A stretch of DNA of 35,418 nucleotides from positions 1 to 35,418 of the forward strand of contig DATJQJ010000021.1 of NCBI GenBank assembly GCA_035505975.1, written 5' to 3'. The notes below the pieces were generated by a model, which saw nothing but the letters and a program-made list of their open reading frames with translations, was not told where the DNA came from and did not search any database. The first letter of the stretch is position 1. Each line of letters opens with the position of its first letter. The position numbers and the translations under genes are program-made. The DNA comes from Methanoregulaceae archaeon (lineage in GTDB: Archaea; Halobacteriota; Methanomicrobia; Methanomicrobiales; Methanospirillaceae). This document shows, in pieces, positions 1-8,409 of this stretch.

Positions 1-1
1 T

Positions 2-457
2 ATTCCGAACATAAATTGCTATGTTGGAATGCAAACCGGGAGTGTTGTTACCTGGTCAACAGCGCCATATGGAGCAGGAACAGGGATTAACGCAACTAAT
101 ACAAACTTAATGGATCCATTCGGTAAAGCATCTAGCAGCTATTATCAATCGATCATGTGGTTCGGAAATTACACGCTCAGAGAAGGTGTGGACTTATTTG
201 CCCTGCCCTATGGATCGGATGATGGTCAAGCAATAGGAGGAAAAGCAGGATCTGCGGCAACTAGCGGATATAATGGTCAGGTACCATATGCATATGTAGC
301 CGGAAAGTTTGCGAATGGTCAGTGTGATCCCACTTCAGCTGTACTTGGTACCGGATGGGAACAGCTCCGCCCCGGTGATACTGTAAATGTAAAAGTCATT
401 TATACACCTACTGGAGCAGCTATTTTCAGCAAGGACATTGCGGTCACGGAGGCATAA
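2..457 (+). CDS. Pilin-like secreted protein, 5'-truncated by the window edge. Probable paralogue of the next gene; both share a C-terminal 'PGDT..V' region.
   Basis: The frame is open from the window edge; the first in-frame Met is at 29. It is Gly/Ser/Thr/Asn-rich like the downstream pilin. The stop TAA at 455-457 lies 4 nt before the next gene's ATG. Confidence 0.45.
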   Translation: MPNINCYVGMQTGSVVTWSTAPYGAGTGINATNTNLMDPFGKASSSYYQSIMWFGNYTLREGVDLFALPYGSDDGQAIGGKAGSAATSGYNGQVPYAYVAGKFANGQCDPTSAVLGTGWEQLRPGDTVNVKVIYTPTGAAIFSKDIAVTEA

Positions 458-461
458 GATC

Positions 462-1094
462 ATGAAACAGAATAGCGAACATGCAGTTTCACCTGTTGTT
501 GGTGTAATGCTCATGCTGGTTGTCACCATTATTATCGCTGCAGTCGTCAGCGGGTTTGCCGGAGGCCTTATAAAAGGTCAGGCAAAGGCACCTCAAGCTA
601 CCATCCAAGGCAAATTCAGTGTTACATCAGGCTTACAAATCATCCATGCCGGAGGCGATGCAATTCCAACCTCTGGTATTGAGATCTCAACCACATGCGG
701 ACCAACTTTTGGCTCTAATTTAGAACTTATGACAGCAAATGTGGTCAATTTGTCAACCGTTACAAATTCGGCAGGAACACCTGTACTTTATATTAATCCC
801 ACCACCGGTATGCCTGATGGGTATAACATTACCTCGTTCAATCCCGGTGACACCTTATATGTAAGTATAGCGAACTGTGCCCCCGCGATTTTACAGCCAA
901 CAGTAGTGGCTCTCGGTGGGGGGTCGGTTTATGCATTCGATGGTACTCACTGGACATATAGTGGACAAAAAGGCCAATACTGGGGTCTGAACTTTGTTAA
1001 TCCCAATAACGTCGGAAAGCAGTTCTACCTTGATGTTCATGACAAAGCAAGCGGAGCATTGATTTCACGTTCAGTTGTAACGATCACCGGATAG
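462..1094 (+). CDS. Archaeal type IV pilin-like protein with a class III signal peptide (DUF361/archaeal pilin N-terminal domain).
   Basis: The N-terminus 'MKQNSEHAVSPVVGVMLMLVVTIIIAAVVSGFAGG' has the canonical archaeal prepilin pattern: a short charged leader, AVSPV.G, then a hydrophobic helix. The ATG is at 462 (internal to the track ORF 438..1094). The rest is a Ser/Thr/Gly/Asn-rich mature domain. Confidence 0.75.
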   Translation: MKQNSEHAVSPVVGVMLMLVVTIIIAAVVSGFAGGLIKGQAKAPQATIQGKFSVTSGLQIIHAGGDAIPTSGIEISTTCGPTFGSNLELMTANVVNLSTVTNSAGTPVLYINPTTGMPDGYNITSFNPGDTLYVSIANCAPAILQPTVVALGGGSVYAFDGTHWTYSGQKGQYWGLNFVNPNNVGKQFYLDVHDKASGALISRSVVTITG

Positions 1095-1149
1095 TGGAGA
1101 ATATCGCGATCTCAACGTAATCCATGACAGAATGAAAATGGATAACTGC

Positions 1150-1200
1150 GGCAGGAAACGGCTTGTTCGCTCCTGCCAGCAACCAATTTTTTTCTTCCTT
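1150..1200 (+). terminator. Putative intrinsic terminator after the pilin gene pair: a hairpin followed by an oligo-T run.
   Basis: A 7-bp stem GGCAGGA/TCCTGCC (about 1150-1156 and 1171-1177) is followed by TTTTTTT at about 1187-1193. This fits the archaeal oligo-T termination signal. Confidence 0.35.
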
Positions 1201-1534
1201 TATTGGTATCGTTAACATTAATACGAAAATGCAGCATTGTTCCGGGAGTTTTTTCTCAATAAAATACATCTGCCTGGTTTTATGGATTCAGATGTGTTCA
1301 CCGGAATTATTGGTCTGAGTTCAATCAGGCAGGGATAATTGACGATGCAAAAAATGGGTACCTGTTTCCTTTTTTCACCAGGTACAGCAGGGATCAGGAA
1401 ACCCCCCCAATCATATTCCGTTAACCATTTACTTTTGTTAATCATTCTATGATCTATATGGGGCACAGGACCGACAGAATACGTCACAAATCGACGGTAT
1501 CCCGAAAATCCGGATATAACCTGGGAGATAAACA

Positions 1535-2392
1535 ATGATCGACATCGACACAATCGACTGGAACGAGGCCTGGAAGGAGGTTGATCGGCGCAAACGTGCC
1601 GATGACGCACTGGCCAACTGCACGGACCGCTGGAACGATCCGGAACGGTGCAGGAAGTTTAACCAGCGGATCCAGGACGAAAACTGGAAACATTCCTGGG
1701 ATCGGATCCATGCAATGCAGGTGACATCGGGATCGCGGGTCCTCGATATCGGCGCTGGTCCCGGAACACTTGCGGTCCCCCTCTCCGGGATCGTCAGGCA
1801 CGTCACTGCGGTCGAACCCTCCCCGGGGATGCTCGAATGCCTCCATGGTCATATTCAGGAGCGGCAGATCAGGAATATCACGACGGTTCAGAAAAAATGG
1901 GAGGACATAGACCCGGACAGCGACCTCAAGGCACCTTACGACGTGGTGGTCGCATCATACTCGCTCGGGGTCCCTGACCTCCGGGATGCCCTGGAGAAGA
2001 TCGATTTAGTCTCTTCGAAATATGCGTACATTTTCTGGTTTGCCGACATGATGTCGCCCCGTCTCCAGAATTACCTCGAAATATGGGAGGATCTCTTCGG
2101 GAAACCTCCTCTCCCGCGGTATTCCTCGAATATTATATTTAACCTTCTCACCCAGATGGGGATTTATGCGAATGTGGAGGTTACCCGGACGGATCATACC
2201 ACCCGATTTTCCAGCGTGGAGGATGCGGTGTCCAGCCAGCGTAACGAGTTGGATCTTAAGGATGACCGACAGGTGTCCGTGCTCAGGGCTTACCTCGAAA
2301 AAACCCTGATACACGACAACGGGGATTACATCCTGAAACGGCAGTCATACCAGGCAAAGATCTGGTGGGACAAGGAAATTCAGCCGGCCTGA
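1535..2392 (+). CDS. Class I SAM-dependent methyltransferase, paralogue 1 of a three-member lineage-specific family (MT1).
   Basis: Motif I 'VLDIGAGPGTLAVPL' is followed by 'VTAVEPSPGM'. Later motifs are 'KKWEDI', 'VVVASYSLGV' and 'YAYIFWF'. The C-terminus has 'QMGIYANVEV' and 'AKIWW'. The N-terminus is Trp-rich (WNEAWKE...WNDPE). The same motif order occurs in the ORFs at 8410 and 11635(-). Confidence 0.85.
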   Translation: MIDIDTIDWNEAWKEVDRRKRADDALANCTDRWNDPERCRKFNQRIQDENWKHSWDRIHAMQVTSGSRVLDIGAGPGTLAVPLSGIVRHVTAVEPSPGMLECLHGHIQERQIRNITTVQKKWEDIDPDSDLKAPYDVVVASYSLGVPDLRDALEKIDLVSSKYAYIFWFADMMSPRLQNYLEIWEDLFGKPPLPRYSSNIIFNLLTQMGIYANVEVTRTDHTTRFSSVEDAVSSQRNELDLKDDRQVSVLRAYLEKTLIHDNGDYILKRQSYQAKIWWDKEIQPA

Positions 2393-2408
2393 ACAGGAAT
2401 ATCATACC

Positions 2409-3323
2409 ATGCCTATCAATAACGTCTCACAAACCCTTCCCGGCTCGATCCTTGAAGAAACAGTTCAGCAGGTCAGGGACGAACTGGGCGCCGGTTTTGA
2501 CAGAATCCTCATCGAGCGGGTGGTAATCGGGATATTTTTCATCGGCGTCAAGCTCAGCGACGGTTCGGCAGGGATCTGCGCCACCCCGATCAAGGAGATC
2601 CCGGAAGCCGTCTGCTGCCCGAGCTCGGCACGTGCCATGCCCTACCCCGGAATGTTCAGAGGACGCAGGGCGGGGGATTTCCTCAGGGACCTGCCTTCCC
2701 AGCCGCCCCTGAAAAAGGCGATCGGGATCGCGATCCTTAACGCATTCTCGGCATCGATCATCAGGTCCCGGCTTACAACAGAGTATATCGTCGAAGTCGG
2801 CCCCGATGCCCTCGATCTGATTGAGTTCCCGGAGGATGCATACGTGGTAGTTGTGGGAGCACTTGTGCCGGTCCTGAAAAGGCTGGTTGCACGGGGAAAA
2901 ACATTCGGGATCCTTGAACTTGACAGGCGGACCCTGAAAGAGAACGAACTGCAGTTCTGGGTCCCACAGGAGAATTCCAGCGACGCGATCGTTAAGGCGG
3001 ATATGATCATCATAACTGGTACGACATTGTTGAACAACACCCTCGAACCTCTCCTGGGTCTTGCACACCCCGGTGCGAGGATAATTGTTGTCGGACCTAC
3101 GGCCGGCATGATTCCGGATGCATTCTTCCGGCGGGGTGTAACCATGCTCGGCGGGGATATTGTTACCAATGCCGACCTGCTGCTTGATACGCTTGCCGAG
3201 GGAGGATCGGGGTACCACTTTTTCGGGAAATCCGTAGAAAAGATCTGCATCACGCGGGTTGGAGCCCGGGAATTTATTAATGAGCATTTGCCTGCCAGCA
3301 CCGGAGGCAGGTCCTGCCTATAA
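2409..3323 (+). CDS. DUF4213/DUF364-type Rossmann-like protein (annotated in that family as 'putative heavy-metal chelation'), co-transcribed with MT1.
   Basis: It starts 17 nt after the MT1 stop. 'YVVVVGALVPVLKRLVARGKTFGILELD' and 'ADMIIITGTTLLNNTLEPLL...ARIIVVGPTAG' are typical of the DUF364 Rossmann-like C-domain. The N-terminal half resembles DUF4213. Confidence 0.55.
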   Translation: MPINNVSQTLPGSILEETVQQVRDELGAGFDRILIERVVIGIFFIGVKLSDGSAGICATPIKEIPEAVCCPSSARAMPYPGMFRGRRAGDFLRDLPSQPPLKKAIGIAILNAFSASIIRSRLTTEYIVEVGPDALDLIEFPEDAYVVVVGALVPVLKRLVARGKTFGILELDRRTLKENELQFWVPQENSSDAIVKADMIIITGTTLLNNTLEPLLGLAHPGARIIVVGPTAGMIPDAFFRRGVTMLGGDIVTNADLLLDTLAEGGSGYHFFGKSVEKICITRVGAREFINEHLPASTGGRSCL

Positions 3324-3546
3324 TTCAGTTGTAGTTGTCAGCCGGCTGTGCAAGGGTCTTTTCCGGGACCGGTACTTCCGGTCTTGGCCAGGGAGGTTCC
3401 GGCTGCCGGTATGATCATTTCTTTTGGGCCTTAACAATGATAATAACGGGAAATTCCCGTTCATCATCGGGTTCTTAATAAAACCCGGTTATATCAAACC
3501 CTGCCTTAACAAACAACGCAAAGATATCCTGCAGGGAACGGTGATA

Positions 3547-4135
3547 CTACAGTTGCATTACCGGCTGTCCCCATATTGCTTCTCCTTCATGGACAGCAGG
3601 AGTGAGGTATACTCCCTCCGGTTTGAGAAAACAGGGAGGGTGCATTGAAAAGACAAAAATTCCTCCATGTATGAGCAGATCGGCAATCGCTCTGAATAAC
3701 GTTCTGATATCTGCGATATCCATGGCCGCCATGTTTGCCACTGCCTTATCGAAGGGCCTCTCCCGTTTCAGCTCAAGGACCCGGCTATAGTCCGTGGCAT
3801 CATAGGTATGAAATGAAATGCTGCCTGAATAGGCGGCCCGCCGCCGCCTGGCATGGACAACCAGTTTTTCACAATATCAAACGCAACAACTCGTGCCTCC
3901 AATTCAGCAAGCCGCTGAGAAAAATTGCCGGTACCACACGCGGTATCAAGGACAAGGTCCCCTTTCTGGATTGCGAGCATCTCTTCGGTATGCGGACGGA
4001 CAACCCTGCTGTGAAACGAGTTGGATTCATCTCCCATCGGCATCCCGGTAATCGGCATTGGTATCCCAGCGGCGCCTGCTCTCATTGGTTGTCTCCCTGA
4101 AATCATCCATTATAATCCCTGCACCCATGATATCC
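3547..4135 (-). pseudogene. UbiE/Methyltransf_11-like SAM methyltransferase, disrupted by at least two frameshifts.
   Basis: Three overlapping minus-strand ORFs in different frames carry successive pieces of one methyltransferase. Frame a (4027..4365) has 'IMDDFRETTNESRRRWDTNADY'. Frame b (3768..4106) has 'EEMLAIQKGDLVLDTACGTGNFSQRLAE...AFDIVKN'. Frame c (hand-translated near 3850, then 3547..3741) has 'VVHARRRRAAY...YDATDY...FDKAVANMAAMDIADIRTLFRAIADLLIHGGIFVFS'. One frameshift lies in a GC run 'GGCGGCGGCGGGCCGCC' at about 3838-3856. Confidence 0.5.
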
Positions 4136-4396
4136 ACACCTGGATTGCGCTCTGCATTCCCCCGTTGTATTCTCCTGAAACAATATGTAATCCCGGACCT
4201 TAAACGCTGTATACCAGCCGGTTCCCCGAACTCGATCCCTTGCTTCCGGCATACTCTCCAGACCTGGGATGGTTTGGAGACAGGGAAACAGGTTATCAAT
4301 GATTTGAGGAGATTTTTCAGATGTTTTCCGTTCACAGTCCGTATCCACTGCCGGGCAATTGACATGCCGGCACACCTGAACGGGTCCTTCGAACAT
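4103..4396 (-). CDS. Hypothetical small Cys-containing protein. It could instead be the remnant N-terminal extension of the methyltransferase pseudogene.
   Basis: It has an ATG start at 4396, facing the AT-rich divergent promoter region. It contains 'CRHVNCPAVDTDC'. I recognise no family. It overlaps the start of the frameshifted methyltransferase. Confidence 0.2.
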   Translation of the reverse strand: MFEGPVQVCRHVNCPAVDTDCERKTSEKSPQIIDNLFPCLQTIPGLESMPEARDRVRGTGWYTAFKVRDYILFQENTTGECRAQSRCGYHGCRDYNG

Positions 4397-4551
4397 TGGC
4401 AGGACGAAAATGAGGAGTATTATGTAATTAGTTAATATTTTAAAAAAGTAAAATATAAAATATTACCAACAAAGGCAGCACTACTGCCCACTCGTCCCGA
4501 CAAGGGCTGGGGTGAGCGAAGTGCCAAATCCAGGAGAAGAGTGTATCGCGC
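4397..4551. promoter_or_regulatory. AT-rich divergent intergenic region with TATA-box-like elements. It would serve the radical SAM gene (+) and the 4396 ORF (-).
   Basis: 'TTAATATTTTAAAAAAGTAAAATATAAAATATTACC' at about 4431-4466 is strongly AT-rich in a GC-rich genome. 'AAATATAAAATATT' resembles an archaeal TATA box, and an AGGAG lies 16 nt before the ATG at 4552. Confidence 0.35.
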
Positions 4552-6252
4552 ATGGAATGCAGTTATTGTGAACGGGCCTGCGAGATCCCGGAAGAAACGA
4601 ACGGGCACTGCCGGATGTACCGCAACGAAAAGGGAAAGATCACGGAAAATTATCCGGATGCCTATCTCAATATCTACCCTGTTTCGAGCGAATCCATACC
4701 GATGCTTCATTTTTACCCGAACAGTATCTTCCTGCTCATCAGCACTATCGGGTGCAATTTTTCCTGTGAAGGCTGTATATCTGAATTCCAGACCACCCGG
4801 CCCGGCACGCTGCAGGAAGTCCTTACCCCCTACACACCGGAAGAGATCCTTGCCATTGCACGGGAAGGCGGGTGCAAGGGTATAACGTTCTGCCTGAATG
4901 AACCCACCGTCTCTCTTCCCACGTTCCTTAGGGTGGCGCAAGTGGCAAAGGGAGAAGGTCTCCTTGTCGGGTGCTCCAGTAATGGATATATGACTCCGGA
5001 AACCCTGCAGGCCATGATTCCGTACCTGGACTTTATCAATATCGGTCTTAAGGGATCAACCGACGGGCGATACAAGGAATGCGGGGCAAAATCGGCCGGC
5101 CCGGTCTACCGTAACGTAAAATCCCTGTACGATGCCGGCGTTGCCGTTGAAGTCTCTGTCATGTATATTAACGGGAGGGAATCAGAGGTGACAGGGGCAT
5201 CAGACCGCATCAGGAAAATATCACCGGCGATCCCGTTCCAGGTGATGCGATTTGTGGCGACCCATGAGAACCTCAAAGGATCCGAACCCGACAGGGAGCA
5301 GGGCGAACACCTCTGCACAGAACTGCGAAAATACCTTGATCACGTGTACCTGTTTAATACGCCGGCAACAACGGAACTCGACTCCCGGTGCCCGGTTTGC
5401 GGGGAAACCATTCTTCACCGGGTTTTTTTCGGGCCCATGGCAGCGAGGGTTCTCTCCTGCCGGACCGAAGGGATATGCAGTTGCGGGTACAGATTTCCCT
5501 GCCGGGGTGAGATAGAACCAATCCCAAAAACCGGCCCCCGTCTCCTCGGTGGATACAAGTCGGTTATGGGTGCCCGGTATATTGTGGATCTTCTCACATT
5601 TCTCGGGGTTAAGGATGACCTGGAGATCGACCGGATCTGCAATACAGTGATCGCCAGCGGTTATCTTCGCGAGCTCCAGGACAAGGAGGACTCGGTTGAG
5701 ACGTTCACCGGCATGCTCCGGTATATTGCGGGGCTTGCCCAGCGTGAAGAGGCAGCAGAACGGATCACAGACTACGTGCAGTCGGTTTTCAATGACATAG
5801 GAAACCGGGCAGCTGACGCAGAAAAACCCAGGGTCTATGTGGTCTTCTGCCACCCGCTTTTTCCGGTTTATGCAGCCAAGTTCGTGAACAGCCTTGTCGA
5901 GACGGCTGGAGGAACCAGCGTAAACAGGGAGCAGGACTTCAGGGAGAGTGCAGATGCAGAATATTCCGTTCAAGCACTCAACCAACTCGACCCGGAGGTT
6001 ATTCTCGTCACAGGCCCTTCTGTTCCGTCTCTCGGTGAATTCCTTGATACATGCAAAGAACTGGGAATAACCTGCAGAGGAATCTCTGAACACAGGGTAT
6101 ATCTCACGGAAGGCATGCACGCGACGGGATCTCTTGGATGGATCATCAGTCTCATGGATGTCGCAAACATCCTGCATCCTGAGATCTTCCATTATTCCCT
6201 CGCTGAAGAAAAAGAGAAACTTGATAGGGCAGTGACCAGGTTTATGGGATAA
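4552..6252 (+). CDS. Radical SAM enzyme (COG1180 / PflA-like, AmmeMemoRadiSam-type core) with a Cys-rich linker and a C-terminal BtuF/FepB-like periplasmic-binding-protein (PBP) fold domain. No signal peptide.
   Basis: The N-terminus 'CSYCERAC...GHC' and 'PMLHFYPNSIFLLISTIGCNFSCEGCIS' match the COG1180 pattern (CxxC..C..GxC, then the CxxxCxxC cluster at aa 68-75). The linker 'CPVCGETILH...SCRTEGICSCGYRFPC' has six Cys. The C-terminal ~230 aa ('PRVYVVFCHPLFPVYAAKFVNSLVETAGGTSV', 'LNQLDPEVILVTGPS', '...ANILHPEIF') look like a type-III PBP. Confidence 0.8.
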   Translation: MECSYCERACEIPEETNGHCRMYRNEKGKITENYPDAYLNIYPVSSESIPMLHFYPNSIFLLISTIGCNFSCEGCISEFQTTRPGTLQEVLTPYTPEEILAIAREGGCKGITFCLNEPTVSLPTFLRVAQVAKGEGLLVGCSSNGYMTPETLQAMIPYLDFINIGLKGSTDGRYKECGAKSAGPVYRNVKSLYDAGVAVEVSVMYINGRESEVTGASDRIRKISPAIPFQVMRFVATHENLKGSEPDREQGEHLCTELRKYLDHVYLFNTPATTELDSRCPVCGETILHRVFFGPMAARVLSCRTEGICSCGYRFPCRGEIEPIPKTGPRLLGGYKSVMGARYIVDLLTFLGVKDDLEIDRICNTVIASGYLRELQDKEDSVETFTGMLRYIAGLAQREEAAERITDYVQSVFNDIGNRAADAEKPRVYVVFCHPLFPVYAAKFVNSLVETAGGTSVNREQDFRESADAEYSVQALNQLDPEVILVTGPSVPSLGEFLDTCKELGITCRGISEHRVYLTEGMHATGSLGWIISLMDVANILHPEIFHYSLAEEKEKLDRAVTRFMG

Positions 6253-6515
6253 GATTCTGTGACCAATTTACCCCTAATGGTAATCCCGATTAAATTCAGG
6301 ACGTCTTGCATATGCCACAATAATACCGGCAAGCCGGCGATTGGCATTATATGATGCAATAAACAATAATTATTGGTTAAAAAAGGTAACTAATATAAAT
6401 TTATTTACATGCAATGTTAACCAATTCTTAAGGATCCCCCGTGATACCGGGGAACTACCGTATATCCATCAAATATATCAAAGGATTGACGTAACTAATC
6501 AAAGAAGGAGGAAAA

Positions 6516-8360
6516 ATGGATTTCTTTACTCTGTTGTTGTCGGTCATACTCGTAATAATCGTTTTATGGCTGATACTGAAGGGATTGGTCCTGATTCATG
6601 CAAATGAAGTAGGCGTCGTCACCAGGAAGATGTTCGGACCCACGCTGCCTCAGGGCAAGATCATCGCGACCAAAGGAGAGGTCGGCGTTCAGGCCGATAT
6701 CCTGATGCCCGGGCTCTATTTCTATATTCCGATCCTATGGAGAGTTGACCGTGAGAGCGTCACTAAGATAACACCAGACCACATTGGCATCGTCTCCTCC
6801 ATTGACGGCCTGCCTATGAAGCCTGGTCGGTTGCTTGCTGATGAAGTGCAGAGCAACTCGTTCCAGGACGCAGGTATGTTTCTTGAGAACGGCGGGTTTA
6901 AAGGTCCGCAGATTGCAATCCTAAAGCCCGGGACCTATCGTATCAATACCCGTCTCTTTGCTGTCATCGAGAAACCGATTATCGCAGTACCACAGGGGAA
7001 AGTAGGGATCGTCACCGCTCTTGACGGTATCCCGCTTCCATCACGGTTTGCCATTGCTCCCGCACCCCTCGAAGATCACAGTCATTTCCAGAACGGGCAG
7101 GTATTCATCGTGAGCCAGGGGTACCGCGGTACTCAGCTCGAGACGTTGCAACCCGGGGATTACTATATCAACCCGCTCCTGTTTGAAGTTACACCGGTCG
7201 ATATGACCATCGTCCCGCCCGGTAATGTCGCAGTAATCATATCAAGTGTCGGGGAAGAACTTGAAAAATCCCCTGATCGAGCCCCTAAAATATCGAATCC
7301 TCCCAATCTCGACCAGCCCGTGCATGAAGATGCCGAGAAGCTCCTGATCACCGATAAGACAAAAAGAGGAATACTCAGGGATCCTGTTGCACCCGGTAAG
7401 TACAACCTGAATACGGCCGCATACAGGGCAGAAATTGTGCCAACCAGTGCCGTTACGATCGACTGGGCAAGCGAGGACGGGACAAAAGAGACCCTAAAGT
7501 ACGTCAAGGAAAACAAGGACAATAACCCGAACGTAGCGGAATTCTTTAAGTTCGGACAACTACGGGTCACCTCCCAGGACGGGTTCCAGCTCGAGGTGGA
7601 TGTACGACTTATCGTCCGGATCCCGGCGGACGACGCTCCGTTCGTCATCGCCCGGTTCGGGAGCGTCTACAACCTGATCGAACAGGTAGCACACCCGTTG
7701 ATCGATGCATCATTCAGGAACGAGGCCGGGAATCAGCAGGCGTTACAGTTCGTCCACGACCGGACGAAACTGCAACAGACAGCATTCGAGAGGGCGCAGG
7801 AAGAGTTCGAGAAATACCACGTCGAAGTCCAGGGACTCCTGATTGCCTATATTAAGGTCGACGAAGCCTTGTTGAAGACGCAGACCCTGAAACAGATTGC
7901 CGTCCAGCAGCAGCAGCAGTACCAGCAGGAGGCGAAGGCGCAGGAGGAACGGATCGCCGTCACCGAGAAGACAGCCCGGGCCGATATGCAGGGGCAGGTC
8001 ATCGCCGCAAAATTATCGATCGACATCAACAAAGACAATGCACAGGCTGCCCGTGAATCTGCATACGGCACTCGTGACGCAACAAAAGCGAATGCAGACG
8101 GATCTGCGTATGCGAACGAGCAGATCGGTATCGGCACCGCCAAGGCATATATCGCGCAGAAAGAGGCCCTTGGTGCTGAAAACGTAGCGATGCTGCAGGC
8201 AATCCAGAAGATCGCGGACGGGAAGATCGTTATCACCCCGAATGTACTTGTGACGGGAGAGGGTTCGCAGGGAGGTAATCTCCTGACTGCATATTTTGCT
8301 ACATTACTCGAACAGACCAAACGGCAGGCTACGGCAATCTCGCAGAAAACCCCGGAATAA
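6516..8360 (+). CDS. Flotillin-like SPFH (band 7) domain protein with an N-terminal transmembrane anchor and a Gln/Ala-rich coiled-coil tail.
   Basis: GGAGG lies 5 nt upstream of the ATG. The N-terminal transmembrane helix is 'FFTLLLSVILVIIVLWLILKGLVLI'. A long SPFH-like region is followed by a 'QQQQQYQQEAKAQEERIAVTEKTARADMQGQ' coiled coil typical of flotillin/FloT-YqiK proteins. Confidence 0.8.
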   Translation: MDFFTLLLSVILVIIVLWLILKGLVLIHANEVGVVTRKMFGPTLPQGKIIATKGEVGVQADILMPGLYFYIPILWRVDRESVTKITPDHIGIVSSIDGLPMKPGRLLADEVQSNSFQDAGMFLENGGFKGPQIAILKPGTYRINTRLFAVIEKPIIAVPQGKVGIVTALDGIPLPSRFAIAPAPLEDHSHFQNGQVFIVSQGYRGTQLETLQPGDYYINPLLFEVTPVDMTIVPPGNVAVIISSVGEELEKSPDRAPKISNPPNLDQPVHEDAEKLLITDKTKRGILRDPVAPGKYNLNTAAYRAEIVPTSAVTIDWASEDGTKETLKYVKENKDNNPNVAEFFKFGQLRVTSQDGFQLEVDVRLIVRIPADDAPFVIARFGSVYNLIEQVAHPLIDASFRNEAGNQQALQFVHDRTKLQQTAFERAQEEFEKYHVEVQGLLIAYIKVDEALLKTQTLKQIAVQQQQQYQQEAKAQEERIAVTEKTARADMQGQVIAAKLSIDINKDNAQAARESAYGTRDATKANADGSAYANEQIGIGTAKAYIAQKEALGAENVAMLQAIQKIADGKIVITPNVLVTGEGSQGGNLLTAYFATLLEQTKRQATAISQKTPE

Positions 8361-8409
8361 AGCCGGGGTTTCACCGGTCCGATTTAACAATTACCATGAT
8401 AGGATAACT

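Noticed and set aside
1084-1852. Minus-strand ORFs of 61-130 aa in the 1100-1530 intergenic region and the MT1 5' end
   Set aside because: They have no ribosome-binding site or family resemblance. They overlap the MT1 start or the terminator hairpin, and the region is better explained as the MT1 promoter.
2427-3301. Two long antisense ORFs (286 and 219 aa) inside the DUF364 gene
   Set aside because: They are typical antisense ORFs of a GC-rich gene. They are Arg/Pro/Ser-rich with no recognisable domain, whereas the sense strand has clear Rossmann motifs.
5221-6192. 323-aa antisense ORF inside the radical SAM gene
   Set aside because: The sense frame carries unambiguous radical-SAM and PBP motifs. 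The antisense product is Arg/Cys/Pro-rich with no features.
6341-6607. 88-aa ORF overlapping the flotillin start
   Set aside because: It lies in the AT-rich promoter region in another frame, and the flotillin has a strong GGAGG ribosome-binding site.
7163-8374. Antisense ORFs (161, 175 aa) and the +-strand 'SSSSSTSRRRRRRR' ORF within the flotillin gene
   Set aside because: They are generated by the repetitive CAG/CAGCAG coiled-coil coding region and have low-complexity translations.
8296-8409. Upstream extension of MT2 (track start at 8296)
   Set aside because: The extension is basic and low-complexity ('RQSRRKPRNK'). It would start only 64 nt inside the flotillin 3' end. Met39 at 8410 aligns with the N-termini of MT1 and MT3.
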